From contig DATNCZ010000305.1 of assembly GCA_035553335.1 (NCBI GenBank), positions 1 to 47,486 of the forward strand: a stretch of DNA of 47,486 nucleotides, written 5' to 3'. Shown here piece by piece: positions 34,876 to 45,879 of this stretch. The notes beneath the pieces are model-generated. The model searched no databases, was not told the DNA's origin, and saw only the letters and a program-made list of their open reading frames with translations. The position numbers and the translations under genes are program-made. The DNA comes from Gemmatimonadaceae bacterium (GTDB lineage Bacteria; Gemmatimonadota; Gemmatimonadetes; Gemmatimonadales; Gemmatimonadaceae). Within the stretch, counting starts at the first letter, position 1; every line of letters starts with the position of its first letter.

Positions 34876-36387
34876 CTAGCGGCGTGCAGTTGCGTCGCTG
34901 CTCAACAGCCGATCCGTTATCATGTCAGCCACGCGTCCGGCGTCTGCCGTCGGGTCGTTCGTCAGCACGATCACCACGGCGTGCTTGTCCGGAATACGTA
35001 CGAACGCATTGCGCTTGCCATCGGCCGCGCCGAACGCGGCAAGCCGCGCCACGCCGTGGTACGTGTCTGGTTGCCAACCCTTCGCATGGTCTGCCCCGGC
35101 GTAGGTCCGCGGGTCTTCGAGTCCGAGCGCGAGTCGATAAAGTTCGTCCACATCGGATTCCACCCTGCCGTCCGCTGCCGCTACGGTTCGATGCAGGCCG
35201 ATCGGCACACCCAGCTGACGCGTGACGCAAGCCTGAAACGGCGTTGACGGTGCGGCCACTCGCGCACCGGCGCCAGTTTCACCAGCCTGCGCGCGACCGG
35301 CATTGGGGACTGGCAATTGCGCACACAGTGCGGAAAATACCGCCGACATCCCACCAAGTTGAAACTGAGGAAGCGTCGTGGTCGGCATGTACTTCGTCTG
35401 CGGCGGCACGCCGTATGAGCGGTCGACGAACACCTCGCCATTCTGCGCGACGAGCACCGTTGCGCCGCCCGCTGTCGGATCATCGTATTTCCTAAAGAGC
35501 GAATCGATGAACGCAGTACTTACGCGTGAATCGTCGGCCGCACGGTGCAGGATGTGACGAGCGCCGAGGTCATACCTGTCACCTGGATGCAACGTGAGAA
35601 ACGGCTTGCCGGAATCCGTCGCATCCCTGCCGCCGTACACGAATGCCTTGTCGCGGCCGATGATCGTCGCCGTATCACCGCGCACTACCCACGCCGTTCC
35701 TTCGTCTTCGGAAATTCCGAGCAAGTTCGGGTGCGAGGTCATGATCGAGTCGGCGAGATCGGCCAGGCGCTCGCGCGCGACGACATGCTGGTCGATTCCA
35801 ACGTTGCGCAGATACGCGAATCCCTTCTCATAGCCTGGGTAGGCCATGATCCGGTTGTCGTTCGATGGCGCACCGCGAATGAGGAAGTCGCCGAGTATCG
35901 ACGCGCCAGCCGACGATCCGCCGACAACGCCACCGCGGGCCAGTACGTCTCTGAATGCCTGCTCGGTCTTCGTACCAGCGTACGCGTCGACGAGATGAAA
36001 CTGTCGTCCCCCCTCGAACCAGACGCCACCAGCGTGCTCGAGCACCGCTGCGAACGAATCCGCGTCGGCAAGCTTCCTGTCCGTCGTGAAGAGAACGTGC
36101 ACGTTTCTGGCACCAGCGTTCTTCCACATGCGCGCTCCCGGCGCGTCCTGGCCGTACGATGCCGCGCCGCCAGCGTTCGGCACGTCGATGATCAGCGCGT
36201 CCGGCCCGCCTGCGGCCTTGATGAACGCGTCAGTTATCTCCGGCCCGAGCGCGCCGCCGCCAACCACGATCACTGTTCCGTGCGGAGGACCGACTCTCGT
36301 TGCAGGTGATGTCTGAGCCTGCATGACGCCAGAGACGACAATTGTTGCGGCGATTATGCGATGAACGATGAACACACGCCCCCTCAT
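34876..36387 (-). CDS. Secreted cyanophycinase-like peptidase S51 domain fused to a degenerate beta-lactamase-like domain
   Basis: Signal peptide, then VIVVGGGALGPE...GGSSAGASILGDF (the S51 GxSAG nucleophile elbow). The C-terminal half, GATVLVAQNGEVFVDRSYG...FQLGGMSAVFSAL, resembles class-C/serine-hydrolase N-terminal blocks, but the expected SxxK reads SAVF. I chose the ATG at 36387; the track start at 36390 is TTG. Confidence 0.65.
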   Translation of the reverse strand: MRGRVFIVHRIIAATIVVSGVMQAQTSPATRVGPPHGTVIVVGGGALGPEITDAFIKAAGGPDALIIDVPNAGGAASYGQDAPGARMWKNAGARNVHVLFTTDRKLADADSFAAVLEHAGGVWFEGGRQFHLVDAYAGTKTEQAFRDVLARGGVVGGSSAGASILGDFLIRGAPSNDNRIMAYPGYEKGFAYLRNVGIDQHVVARERLADLADSIMTSHPNLLGISEDEGTAWVVRGDTATIIGRDKAFVYGGRDATDSGKPFLTLHPGDRYDLGARHILHRAADDSRVSTAFIDSLFRKYDDPTAGGATVLVAQNGEVFVDRSYGVPPQTKYMPTTTLPQFQLGGMSAVFSALCAQLPVPNAGRAQAGETGAGARVAAPSTPFQACVTRQLGVPIGLHRTVAAADGRVESDVDELYRLALGLEDPRTYAGADHAKGWQPDTYHGVARLAAFGAADGKRNAFVRIPDKHAVVIVLTNDPTADAGRVADMITDRLLSSDATARR

Positions 36388-36424
36388 CAAGAAAGTATTG
36401 CCGGAACGTTGCCGATGGACGCCG

Positions 36425-37459
36425 CTATTCCGTCGTGGCTGGCCCCAGATACAATCGCGCCGCGGAGATCACGCGCTTCTGCACGTCGTCGAGGCTGCCC
36501 TCTACCATTGCGCCCGACGCCTTCACGTGCCCGCCTCCACCGAACTGATGCGCAAACTCGTTTGCGTCCACACCACGCGTGGTGCGAAATGAAATCTTCA
36601 CGCGATTGTGGCCGAGGTCGCGAAAGAAGATCGCCATGCGCGTTCCGGCGACAGACCGCGCATGCTCCGCGATCCCTTCGAGATCCTCCGGCCGAACGTT
36701 GTGCTTCTCCGTAGCGCCAGCTGGAACCGATATCCACGTCAGACCGTAGGTCGAATCGACCTCGAGCGTTGCGAGCGCATCGCGGAGCAACGTGAGACGG
36801 CCAACCGGCATCGACGCGTAAATGCGCTGGTACATCTCTTCGGGCTCGACACCTTCCGCCAGCAACTGCGCGGCTACCGCATGGCACCGCGGCGACGTGT
36901 TGCTGAAACGGAAGCCACCGGTGTCGGTAACGAGCGCCACGTACAATGAATTCGCAATCGCGGACGTTATGTCGAACCCGAGGACGAGTCCAACGTCGTA
37001 CACGAGCTCGCCGGTCGCGCACGCGGTCGTGTCCGACAGTATCTCCTCGCTCGGCGGGTCATCGCTCGGGACATGGTGATCGATCACCAGCTTCGGTACC
37101 TGAAGCCCGCGAACGACATCAGCGAGTTTTCCAAGCCTGCGAAGGTCGGCTATGTCGAGCACGATGACGACGTCCGCCTTGCGCATGACATCCGCGCCAC
37201 CGTCGCTCAGCTCGACCATGCGTACGTCGTCGCCGAGCAGAAAGCGAAACATCTCCGGCCATGGCGTCGGATTGACGATGGTGACCGTCATTCCGCGCTG
37301 CGCCAGCATCCGTGCGAGCGCGGTTTCAGAACCGCAACCGTCGCCGTCGGAGTTGATGTGGGTGGATAAAACAATCGAGCGTCCCGCGCGCAGCTCGCGC
37401 GCGAGACGCTCGATAGCCGTCCGGCGGGCGGCCGGAACGGCTAGAAGATCACGCACCAA
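36425..37459 (-). CDS. nrnA: DHH/DHHA1 phosphoesterase, NrnA-like (oligoribonuclease / pAp phosphatase)
   Basis: Contains HINSDGDGCGS, DHH (LVIDHHV) and GGGGHVKASGA, which are the DHH-family motifs I-IV and DHHA1. The TTG/GTG start region overlaps the end of the upstream permease, so the start is uncertain. Confidence 0.8.
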   Translation of the reverse strand: MVRDLLAVPAARRTAIERLARELRAGRSIVLSTHINSDGDGCGSETALARMLAQRGMTVTIVNPTPWPEMFRFLLGDDVRMVELSDGGADVMRKADVVIVLDIADLRRLGKLADVVRGLQVPKLVIDHHVPSDDPPSEEILSDTTACATGELVYDVGLVLGFDITSAIANSLYVALVTDTGGFRFSNTSPRCHAVAAQLLAEGVEPEEMYQRIYASMPVGRLTLLRDALATLEVDSTYGLTWISVPAGATEKHNVRPEDLEGIAEHARSVAGTRMAIFFRDLGHNRVKISFRTTRGVDANEFAHQFGGGGHVKASGAMVEGSLDDVQKRVISAARLYLGPATTE

Positions 37460-38993
37460 CCTTTTCGGCCCGCCCGAGCTTCGAATGGCTCTTCCCGTAG
37501 AGGAAGTAAATCAGGAGGCCGAGTACCATCCATACGATCAGACGAATCCACGTATCACTCGGAAGCGATCCCATGAGCGCACCGCAGCTGATGATACCGA
37601 GAATCGGAACGAGTGGAACCAGCGGCGTACGGAACGGACGCTCGAGGTTCGGCTGACGATAGCGCAACACGATCACGCCAGCGCAGACGATCACGAATGC
37701 CAGCAGCGTGCCGATCGAGACCAGCTCGCCGAGAAGACCGATCGGAAAGTAGCCAGCGATCACTGCCGCGACGACGCCTGTGAGGATCGTCGTGACGTAT
37801 GGCGTCTGGAACTTCGGGTGAACCTTGCCGAACACGGGTGGGAGCAGACCGTCGCGTGCCATCGAGAAGAAGATGCGCGGCTGTCCCATGAGCATCACCA
37901 GCACGACCGATGCAAGACCGGCGATCGCGCCGATGTTGACGATCGGGCGCATCCACGCGAGCGCCGGACCGGCGGCTGCAATTGCGACGAACACCGGATG
38001 CGGCACGTCGAGAGTCTTGTAGTTGGCAAGACCCGTCATGACGAGCGACATCAGGATGTACAGCACCGTGCAGATCGCAAGCGACGCGAGAATGCCTATC
38101 GGCATGTCGCGTTGCGGATTCTTCGCCTCCTGCGCCGCGGTGGACACCGCATCGAAGCCTATGTAGGAGAAGAACACGACACCCGCCGCACGCGCAACGC
38201 CGCTCCAGCCAAAGTCACCGAAGTGGCCGGTGTTGGCGGGTATGAACGGATGCCAGTTCGCCTTGTTCACATATGCAAAACCGAAGGCGATGACCAGCAG
38301 TACGATCGCGACCTTCACGATCACGATGATGTTGTTGAAGTTCGCCGATTCCTTGATGCCCACCACCAGCAGGACCGTCATGAGCAGCGTGAGCACGATC
38401 GCCGGAACGTTGATGACGCCCTGCACGGCGGTCAGGCCCGGAGCGCAAGTGGCCAGCGTGTCGGTGACGATCTGGTTGGTCGTCGGTGATATGCACAACG
38501 TCGATTGCACGAGATGGTGCGTCCCGACCACTCGCAAGGGAGCCTGGGCATACTGATACGGAATGTGAAGCCCGATCTCGTTCATGAACGCCGTGAAGTA
38601 GCCGCTCCAGCCTACCGCGACAGTCGCCGCTCCGAACAGATACTCGAGGATCAGATCCCAGCCAATGATCCAGGCGATGAACTCGCCAAGTGTTGCATAA
38701 CCATAGGTGTACGCGCTTCCGGCGATGGGAATCATCGCCGCGAATTCAGCGTAGCAGAGGCCGGCGAAGAGACAGCCTATTCCAGCCAGGATGAACGAGT
38801 AGACGACTCCCGGACCGGCGTGCTGCGCTGCTGCGGTTCCGGTAAGGACGAAAATTCCTGCGCCGATGATGGCGCCAATGCCGAGCGTTGTAAGGTTGAG
38901 CGCGCCAAGCGCGCGGCGCAACGTTCGCTCCTCTCCCTCCCCACTCGCTTCAGCCTGAAGCAGCGCGATGCTCTTCCGCGACCCAAGTCCCAT
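37449..38993 (-). CDS. APC-superfamily amino acid permease (cationic amino acid transporter-like)
   Basis: Many hydrophobic helices. LGALNLTTLGIGAIIGAGIFVLTG is the typical APC TM1 motif. I trimmed the start to the ATG at 38993 (MGLGSRKSIALL). Confidence 0.85.
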   Translation of the reverse strand: MGLGSRKSIALLQAEASGEGEERTLRRALGALNLTTLGIGAIIGAGIFVLTGTAAAQHAGPGVVYSFILAGIGCLFAGLCYAEFAAMIPIAGSAYTYGYATLGEFIAWIIGWDLILEYLFGAATVAVGWSGYFTAFMNEIGLHIPYQYAQAPLRVVGTHHLVQSTLCISPTTNQIVTDTLATCAPGLTAVQGVINVPAIVLTLLMTVLLVVGIKESANFNNIIVIVKVAIVLLVIAFGFAYVNKANWHPFIPANTGHFGDFGWSGVARAAGVVFFSYIGFDAVSTAAQEAKNPQRDMPIGILASLAICTVLYILMSLVMTGLANYKTLDVPHPVFVAIAAAGPALAWMRPIVNIGAIAGLASVVLVMLMGQPRIFFSMARDGLLPPVFGKVHPKFQTPYVTTILTGVVAAVIAGYFPIGLLGELVSIGTLLAFVIVCAGVIVLRYRQPNLERPFRTPLVPLVPILGIISCGALMGSLPSDTWIRLIVWMVLGLLIYFLYGKSHSKLGRAEKVGA

Positions 38994-39196
38994 GTAATCC
39001 CCTCGACGAGTTCCTGCATCCGGGGCCCGCACGCGAACAGACGCGGCGGCACCCCGGATCGTGTGTGGCACAATCCAGAGCCCTGCCTGCAACAAACTCC
39101 CACTACGATGTCTTACTACGGTGAACGGGTGGCGTGCGTTGGTGGCGCCCCTGCTCAGTCACACTGGAGACGGCGACAGCCGAGCGCTATCGTCCG

Positions 39197-40750
<1,554 letters not shown>

Positions 40751-40758
40751 CTAATGTA

Positions 40759-41193
40759 TCACACTCGACCAATCGTCCGCAAACGCCGCCGAACCCGTCG
40801 TGGAAGGAAAAATGAGGCCGCACCCAGCACCCGCTCGAGGTTGAGCTCGTCGAGCTCGTCCGGATCGCCCATCCAGTGCTCCAGAATCACCTCGCGGCCC
40901 GCGCTCTTGAGCAGTTGCCGGATCGCCAGCACCAGAACGAAAACGTCGTCCACCTCTCCGATCAGCGGGATGAAGTCCGGAAAAACATCCTCGGGAATCA
41001 TCACGTAAGCCACGGCTCCGGCAACCAGCAGCTTGTCCAGCAGCTCGACCCTGGGGTCCATTATCAGACCGTATAAAAGCCGAAGAAAGTTCGGTAGCTC
41101 GCGAACGGCGTCGATAACAGTGCGCTTGTGGCCTGCGGCGGGCCGTGCGGCGCTGGGCCGGCGACGGCGCGATCTTGGGGTTGTCGTTTCCAT
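40759..41193 (-). CDS. DUF1232 (YkvA-like) membrane protein
   Basis: LLVAGAVAYVMIPEDVFPDFIPLIGEVDDVFVLVLAI matches the DUF1232 core (PxDxIPDxIPxxGxxDD). Confidence 0.7.
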   Translation of the reverse strand: METTTPRSRRRRPSAARPAAGHKRTVIDAVRELPNFLRLLYGLIMDPRVELLDKLLVAGAVAYVMIPEDVFPDFIPLIGEVDDVFVLVLAIRQLLKSAGREVILEHWMGDPDELDELNLERVLGAASFFLPRRVRRRLRTIGRV

Positions 41194-41229
41194 TGGTTCC
41201 TCAGGCGATGCGAGAGCTGTGCCGTACGC

Positions 41230-42054
41230 TCAGTAGATGTAAACGGGCGTCCCGACCGCAACCATCGGGTAGAGTGTCTCGACGTCCTGATTCAACATTC
41301 GCACACATCCATGACTTACGGAACGGCCCACCGAGCTTGGCTCGTCGGTTCCGTGAATTCCGTACCCGTCGCCCAGATCGAGTCGGCGGGTGCCGAGCGT
41401 GCCCAGATAACGCCGCTGGACGGTGCCGAACGGTGGGACGATGAGGTTCCCCTTGGCGATGAGCTCATGGCCTTCCTTGGGCGCCGGTGCCGGCTGGCCG
41501 TCCGGCATGATGACCTCGGACCCCTGCACCGTGTAGCCATCGTAATTCTGGCCACGCTCCAGATGCACCAGTCCGACGCCGCGCGCGCGTGCCTGCTCGA
41601 CGTAATGCCAGTCCGGTGGCACCCACGCCGGGTTGGAGTCCTTGGACTGTACCACCAGGCGCCCGCGGGGCGTCTCGAAACGCCAGTGTTGCCCGCTGCT
41701 GCCGCCGACGAGCTCCTTGCCGCTCGCAGTTGCGACGGGCGCGGTGAACAGCACGCTGTCGCCTTGCTTGTACCACAATCTGTGGTCGGCAATGCTGATG
41801 ACTATGTAGGGTGAATTCGCGTTCGGCGCCGGCGCCTCGACCAGCTTGCGCATGCTGTCGGTTTCAACGCCGGCCTGCGCGCGCAATGCGCTCAGCAGAT
41901 CGAGATTGTCGTTGAACACCATGCGGTTGACGTCTCGCTCGAATCTCAGTTCCGCGGTATCGTGCAGCAGCTTTACACTCAGCAGAATGGCGACGCCGAT
42001 GCCGAGTATGAGCAGCCATGCGATCGCGACCCCGTGTCGCAGGAATTTCAGCAT
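41230..42054 (-). CDS. L,D-transpeptidase (YkuD fold), membrane anchored
   Basis: An N-terminal TM helix, then the catalytic motif YGIHGTDEPSSVGRSVSHGCVRM (His ... SHGC). Confidence 0.85.
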   Translation of the reverse strand: MLKFLRHGVAIAWLLILGIGVAILLSVKLLHDTAELRFERDVNRMVFNDNLDLLSALRAQAGVETDSMRKLVEAPAPNANSPYIVISIADHRLWYKQGDSVLFTAPVATASGKELVGGSSGQHWRFETPRGRLVVQSKDSNPAWVPPDWHYVEQARARGVGLVHLERGQNYDGYTVQGSEVIMPDGQPAPAPKEGHELIAKGNLIVPPFGTVQRRYLGTLGTRRLDLGDGYGIHGTDEPSSVGRSVSHGCVRMLNQDVETLYPMVAVGTPVYIY

Positions 42055-42713
42055 CAGTAGAAGTACACGCTCATTCCAGCGCTGACGTTCGGCAGAATCG
42101 CGCGAAGATCAGCGGGGTCCACGCGAACGTTGCCGGCAGCTACCGAATCGGAGTCCGCACCTGCGTAGATGCGCGCATCACCGTTGAGCACGAGGGCGGG
42201 AGCGTCGCCGCCTATCACCTGCTGCACTGTGCGCTGGCCGCGCGGCAGAGTCATGGCCGTGGTGTCGCCAGCACTCGTCTTGAATCCCGGCACCTTCGCA
42301 GGAGCGAGCGCTACACGCATCACACGCAGCAGTGCGCCATCTCGCTCGAGATACATGACGCCGCTGTCCACTGCGATCGAGAGATGCAATCGCGGATCGA
42401 AGTGCGCCTGGCGCTTTGCGAGCTCGAGTGCAAGCCGCACCTTGTCCTGCTCCTGCTGCACGACGATATCGCTCTTCTTTCGCTCGGCATCGGTCATGCC
42501 CGAACGGAGCCGCGCGATCTCCTGGCCGTAGGCGGCGCGTCTGTAGAACAACCACATATCGCCCGCGACGAGGAAGAGAAACACCAGCGCAATGATCTTG
42601 AGGAACGTCGGATATGCTTCCCTGAATCCCTGCCAACCTTCACGCCGTCGGTCGCCGCCACGTGACGTGGCACGGCGGTCGCCCGGGTCCTGCGGATCGT
42701 GCGAATCGGTCAT
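42054..42713 (-). CDS. Membrane-anchored YkuD-like paralog lacking the catalytic His/Cys (pseudo-L,D-transpeptidase)
   Basis: The last 30 residues, SVAAGNVRVDPADLRAILPNVSAGMSVYFY, align without gaps to SVSHGCVRMLNQDVETLYPMVAVGTPVYIY of the downstream enzyme. By my hand count that is 12 of 30 identities. SHGC is replaced by AAGN. It is coupled on both sides (ATGA and TGATG). Confidence 0.55.
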   Translation of the reverse strand: MTDSHDPQDPGDRRATSRGGDRRREGWQGFREAYPTFLKIIALVFLFLVAGDMWLFYRRAAYGQEIARLRSGMTDAERKKSDIVVQQEQDKVRLALELAKRQAHFDPRLHLSIAVDSGVMYLERDGALLRVMRVALAPAKVPGFKTSAGDTTAMTLPRGQRTVQQVIGGDAPALVLNGDARIYAGADSDSVAAGNVRVDPADLRAILPNVSAGMSVYFY

Positions 42714-43468
42714 CTAATTCGTCGAAGGGTTTGAATGTCGAGGATGGGAATGCCCACAGGATCGCTGCGTCCGTCGCGCACTCGCGCAGTGACTGTGATC
42801 CTCGCAAGAGGTTGCAATGCACGAGCCGTGCCCATTAGCGACGGCGGCACCACGAGATACAGCAATGCATTCTCGGAATTGGGCCCCCGCGCAAGGATGT
42901 ATGGCTCCTCGTCCGCGAGTCCATGGCGCAGTGGATCCGCCGTTTGCAGCGCGAGGAACTCCACATTCCACATCACCATCTTTCCGCGCGTGCCCACGGG
43001 ATCCGCTCTCAGATCCGCCGCGCTCAAGTTCGCCCGAAATGCGGTGTCGGCTGGAACCAGCACTGAATCCGGCACCCATCCCTCGATTCGCACACGCGAC
43101 CAGCCACGATCGCGAGCAATTACTTCGACGTTGGTAGTCTTCTGCAATTGCCCGATCGCTGCAGACGACGGCGCATCGCGCAGCACCGATGGAACCGCGA
43201 GGTTGTATGAATCGTTGCTGACTGCCGGCGCGGCCGCGGCAGCCGCAGCCGCAGCCGCCGATGTGGGCGAAGGCGCCGGTGACTTCGCGCGCGTAGCCGC
43301 CTGGGCGCCGAGCGGAACGCCAGATGGAATCGCGGCTGCAACGGCCAACGCCGCAAATACGACGCGCACCGCGCGACCGATCGTCTCGTTTCGCACCATT
43401 GTCGAATCGGACACGCACGGCACGAATCCGCCGCCGTTCTGGTGCACATTCACGTACAGGTGACGCAT
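42710..43468 (-). CDS. Secreted hypothetical protein with a poly-Ala linker and an SH3b-like segment
   Basis: The signal peptide RAVRVVFAALAVAAAIPSGVPLGAQA suggests the start could be the ATG at 43399. It has an Ala10 run. GWSRVRIEGWVPDSVLV resembles bacterial SH3 domains. Confidence 0.5.
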   Translation of the reverse strand: MRHLYVNVHQNGGGFVPCVSDSTMVRNETIGRAVRVVFAALAVAAAIPSGVPLGAQAATRAKSPAPSPTSAAAAAAAAAAPAVSNDSYNLAVPSVLRDAPSSAAIGQLQKTTNVEVIARDRGWSRVRIEGWVPDSVLVPADTAFRANLSAADLRADPVGTRGKMVMWNVEFLALQTADPLRHGLADEEPYILARGPNSENALLYLVVPPSLMGTARALQPLARITVTARVRDGRSDPVGIPILDIQTLRRIR

Positions 43469-43533
43469 GGGGGGAGGACGCGTAGATTAGACGGTTTCGT
43501 AGTTCTTTCCTTCATTACACCCAACGAGCGAAC

Positions 43534-45111
43534 ATGGCAACGACCGGGCAGCCCCGAAGGGCTGGAGAAGCTGAGCAATCCGGCGGTCAGGTCGCCCTCA
43601 TCGTGCTCGACGGGTGGGGCTTCCGCGCTCAACGCGAAGGCAACGCGATTGCGCTGGCTCAGACGCCCACGTGGGATACGCTCTGGAGCCTGCGCTCGCG
43701 CTCTCTTCTGGAAGCGTCCGGCCTACGAGTGGGACTGCCCGCGGGACAGATGGGTAACAGCGAGGTCGGTCACCTGAACCTCGGCGCGGGCCGCGTAGTC
43801 ATGCAGGATCTGGTGCGCATCTCTGCCGCCATCGCCGACGGGTCGTTCTTCCGGAACCCGGCGTTCGTCGCCGCCTGCGACGCAGCGAGGCGCGGTCACA
43901 CGCTCCATGTCATGGGCCTGCTCGGCGGCGGCGGAGTGCACGCAATCGATGCACACCTCCGCGCCGTGATCGACATGGCGGAGCGTCTCAAGGTACCGCG
44001 CGTTGCGCTTCACCTGTTGACCGACGGACGCGATACTCTTCCCCAGTCCGCGCTCGGATACCTGCGCGAGCTACTCGCGTACGCAAACGGCCGCGCACAG
44101 GTTGCGAGCATTGGCGGACGGTACTACGGGATGGATCGGGACAAGCGCTGGCAACGCACCGAGCTGTTCTATCGCGCGGCCATCGACGGCGTCGGTCCGT
44201 CTGCAACCGACCCGATCGCTGCGGTGAAACACGCCTACGACGACGGCGTGACCGACGAGTTCATCCTGCCCGTCGTAATCACGCACGACGGTGCACCGGT
44301 CGCACCGATGCGCGACGGCGACGCCGTCATCTGCTTCAACTACCGCTCCGATCGCATGCGCCAGATCGTTCGCGCGATGACCGACCCCGGCTTCGATGGG
44401 TTCGACGTCTCAAAGCGTCCGTCGCTCACGGTCACGACCATGACGCAGTACGATGCAACGTTCGACGTGAACGTGGCGTTCGCACCGTTCTCGATGTCGC
44501 GCATAGTCGCCGAAGTTGTTTCGGAAGCCGGCAAGTCCATGTTGAAGACCGCCGAGACGGAGAAATATCCGCACGTGACGTATTTCTTCAATGGCGGCGT
44601 GGAACCGCCATATCCCGGCGAGGACCGACGCCTCGTTCCCAGTCAGAAGGTTGCAACGTACGATCTCGCACCGGAGATGAGCGCGAGCGGAATAGCCGAC
44701 GTGCTTTGCGCCTCGATCGATAAGCGCGAGCACGACTTCACTTTGTGCAACTTCGCCAACGCAGATATGGTCGGCCACACCGGCTCGATGGCGGCCACGA
44801 TCGCCGCTGTCGAAACGGTCGACAGCTGTCTCGAGCGGATCATCCGCAGCGCACGCAAATCAGGAACGCGCCTCGTCATTACCGCCGACCACGGCAATGC
44901 GGAGATGATGATCGATCCCGAGACCGGTGGCCCGCACACGGCGCACACGAGCAATCCGGTGCCAATCGTATTCTTCAACCCCCATGGCGACGAGCCGGCC
45001 CTCCGCGGCGGCGGCGCGCTGTGCGACGTGGGACCCACGATCCTCGGTATGCTGGGCATCGAGGCACCACCGGAAATGACCGGGGTAGATCTTTTCCGCC
45101 TCGAGTCGTGA
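43534..45111 (+). CDS. gpmI: 2,3-bisphosphoglycerate-independent phosphoglycerate mutase
   Basis: 525 aa. Contains LIVLDGWG, GNSEVGH, ETEKYPHVTYFFNGG and NADMVGHTG, all canonical iPGM. Confidence 0.95.
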   Translation: MATTGQPRRAGEAEQSGGQVALIVLDGWGFRAQREGNAIALAQTPTWDTLWSLRSRSLLEASGLRVGLPAGQMGNSEVGHLNLGAGRVVMQDLVRISAAIADGSFFRNPAFVAACDAARRGHTLHVMGLLGGGGVHAIDAHLRAVIDMAERLKVPRVALHLLTDGRDTLPQSALGYLRELLAYANGRAQVASIGGRYYGMDRDKRWQRTELFYRAAIDGVGPSATDPIAAVKHAYDDGVTDEFILPVVITHDGAPVAPMRDGDAVICFNYRSDRMRQIVRAMTDPGFDGFDVSKRPSLTVTTMTQYDATFDVNVAFAPFSMSRIVAEVVSEAGKSMLKTAETEKYPHVTYFFNGGVEPPYPGEDRRLVPSQKVATYDLAPEMSASGIADVLCASIDKREHDFTLCNFANADMVGHTGSMAATIAAVETVDSCLERIIRSARKSGTRLVITADHGNAEMMIDPETGGPHTAHTSNPVPIVFFNPHGDEPALRGGGALCDVGPTILGMLGIEAPPEMTGVDLFRLES

Positions 45112-45131
45112 AGCCTACTAAAATTACGTAC

Positions 45132-45833
45132 ATGTCAAAGATTCTCCGCGCTATCGCTCTCCTCTCGCTGGTCGCCGGCCCGTCGGGACTCGCCGCCCAG
45201 GTAGTGGTGGGTCACACGCCCGAGACGAGCCCGTACCGCGACATCACCGCTTCACAGCGGTTGACGATATTCGGCGGCTATTTCGACGCACAGAAGGACG
45301 AGGTCGGCGCCACGCCGCAGAGTGGCACCAGCATCGGTCTGCGCTACTCCATCCCCGTGGCTGGCCCGGCGGATTTCTACGCCCGTTTCGAGCGCGTCAG
45401 CTCGCATCGCGACGCGTTCAATCCCCTAAAGCCCGCCGAAACGCGCTCCCTCGGGAAGCAGAACCTGGGATTGTACATCGCCGACCTCGGCTTCGATTTC
45501 AATCTGACGGGCCGGCGGACCTGGCATGGAGTGGTGCCACTGCTCGGCTTCGGGCTCGGCATCACCAGCGCGCCGACCACGACCGCCAACGACCCGTACG
45601 ATTTCGGAACTCAGTTCTCCTTTTCCCTCGAGGGAGGCGTCCGCATCAATCCTACGAACTCCTGGGAAATCAGGTTGAACGCCAAGCCGACGTTCTATCA
45701 GAATCACTACCCCACGCAATATTATGCCACGCCGACGGGTGGCACCCCGCTGCTGGACAAGTCCACGGCTCGCAGCGGCTTCAGGCACGGTATCGATTAC
45801 ACGGCCGGTCTGTCGTTCCCGCTGTTCCGCTAG
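45132..45833 (+). CDS. Putative outer-membrane beta-barrel protein (hypothetical)
   Basis: The true start is the ATG at 45132 (MSKILRAIALLSLVAGPSGLAAQ signal). It has alternating hydrophobic beta-strand patterning and an aromatic C-terminus, GLSFPLFR. The upstream part of track ORF 44745..45833 overlaps gpmI and is rejected. Confidence 0.5.
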   Translation: MSKILRAIALLSLVAGPSGLAAQVVVGHTPETSPYRDITASQRLTIFGGYFDAQKDEVGATPQSGTSIGLRYSIPVAGPADFYARFERVSSHRDAFNPLKPAETRSLGKQNLGLYIADLGFDFNLTGRRTWHGVVPLLGFGLGITSAPTTTANDPYDFGTQFSFSLEGGVRINPTNSWEIRLNAKPTFYQNHYPTQYYATPTGGTPLLDKSTARSGFRHGIDYTAGLSFPLFR

Positions 45834-45879
45834 CGTCGCGGGCATCCGGCTTGCACGGTGAGCTTTCAGGAGGCTCACA

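Noticed and set aside
37152-38489. A 445-aa plus-strand ORF.
   Set aside because: It is antisense to nrnA and the APC permease. Its composition is Arg/His/Asp-rich with no domain signatures, while the permease frame shows clean transmembrane helices.
43224-43260. A GCN trinucleotide run (GCAGCC repeats) that might be a contingency or slippage locus.
   Set aside because: It encodes an in-frame poly-Ala linker in a secreted protein. Slippage by whole triplets would only change linker length, and there is no evidence of phase variation from a single sequence.
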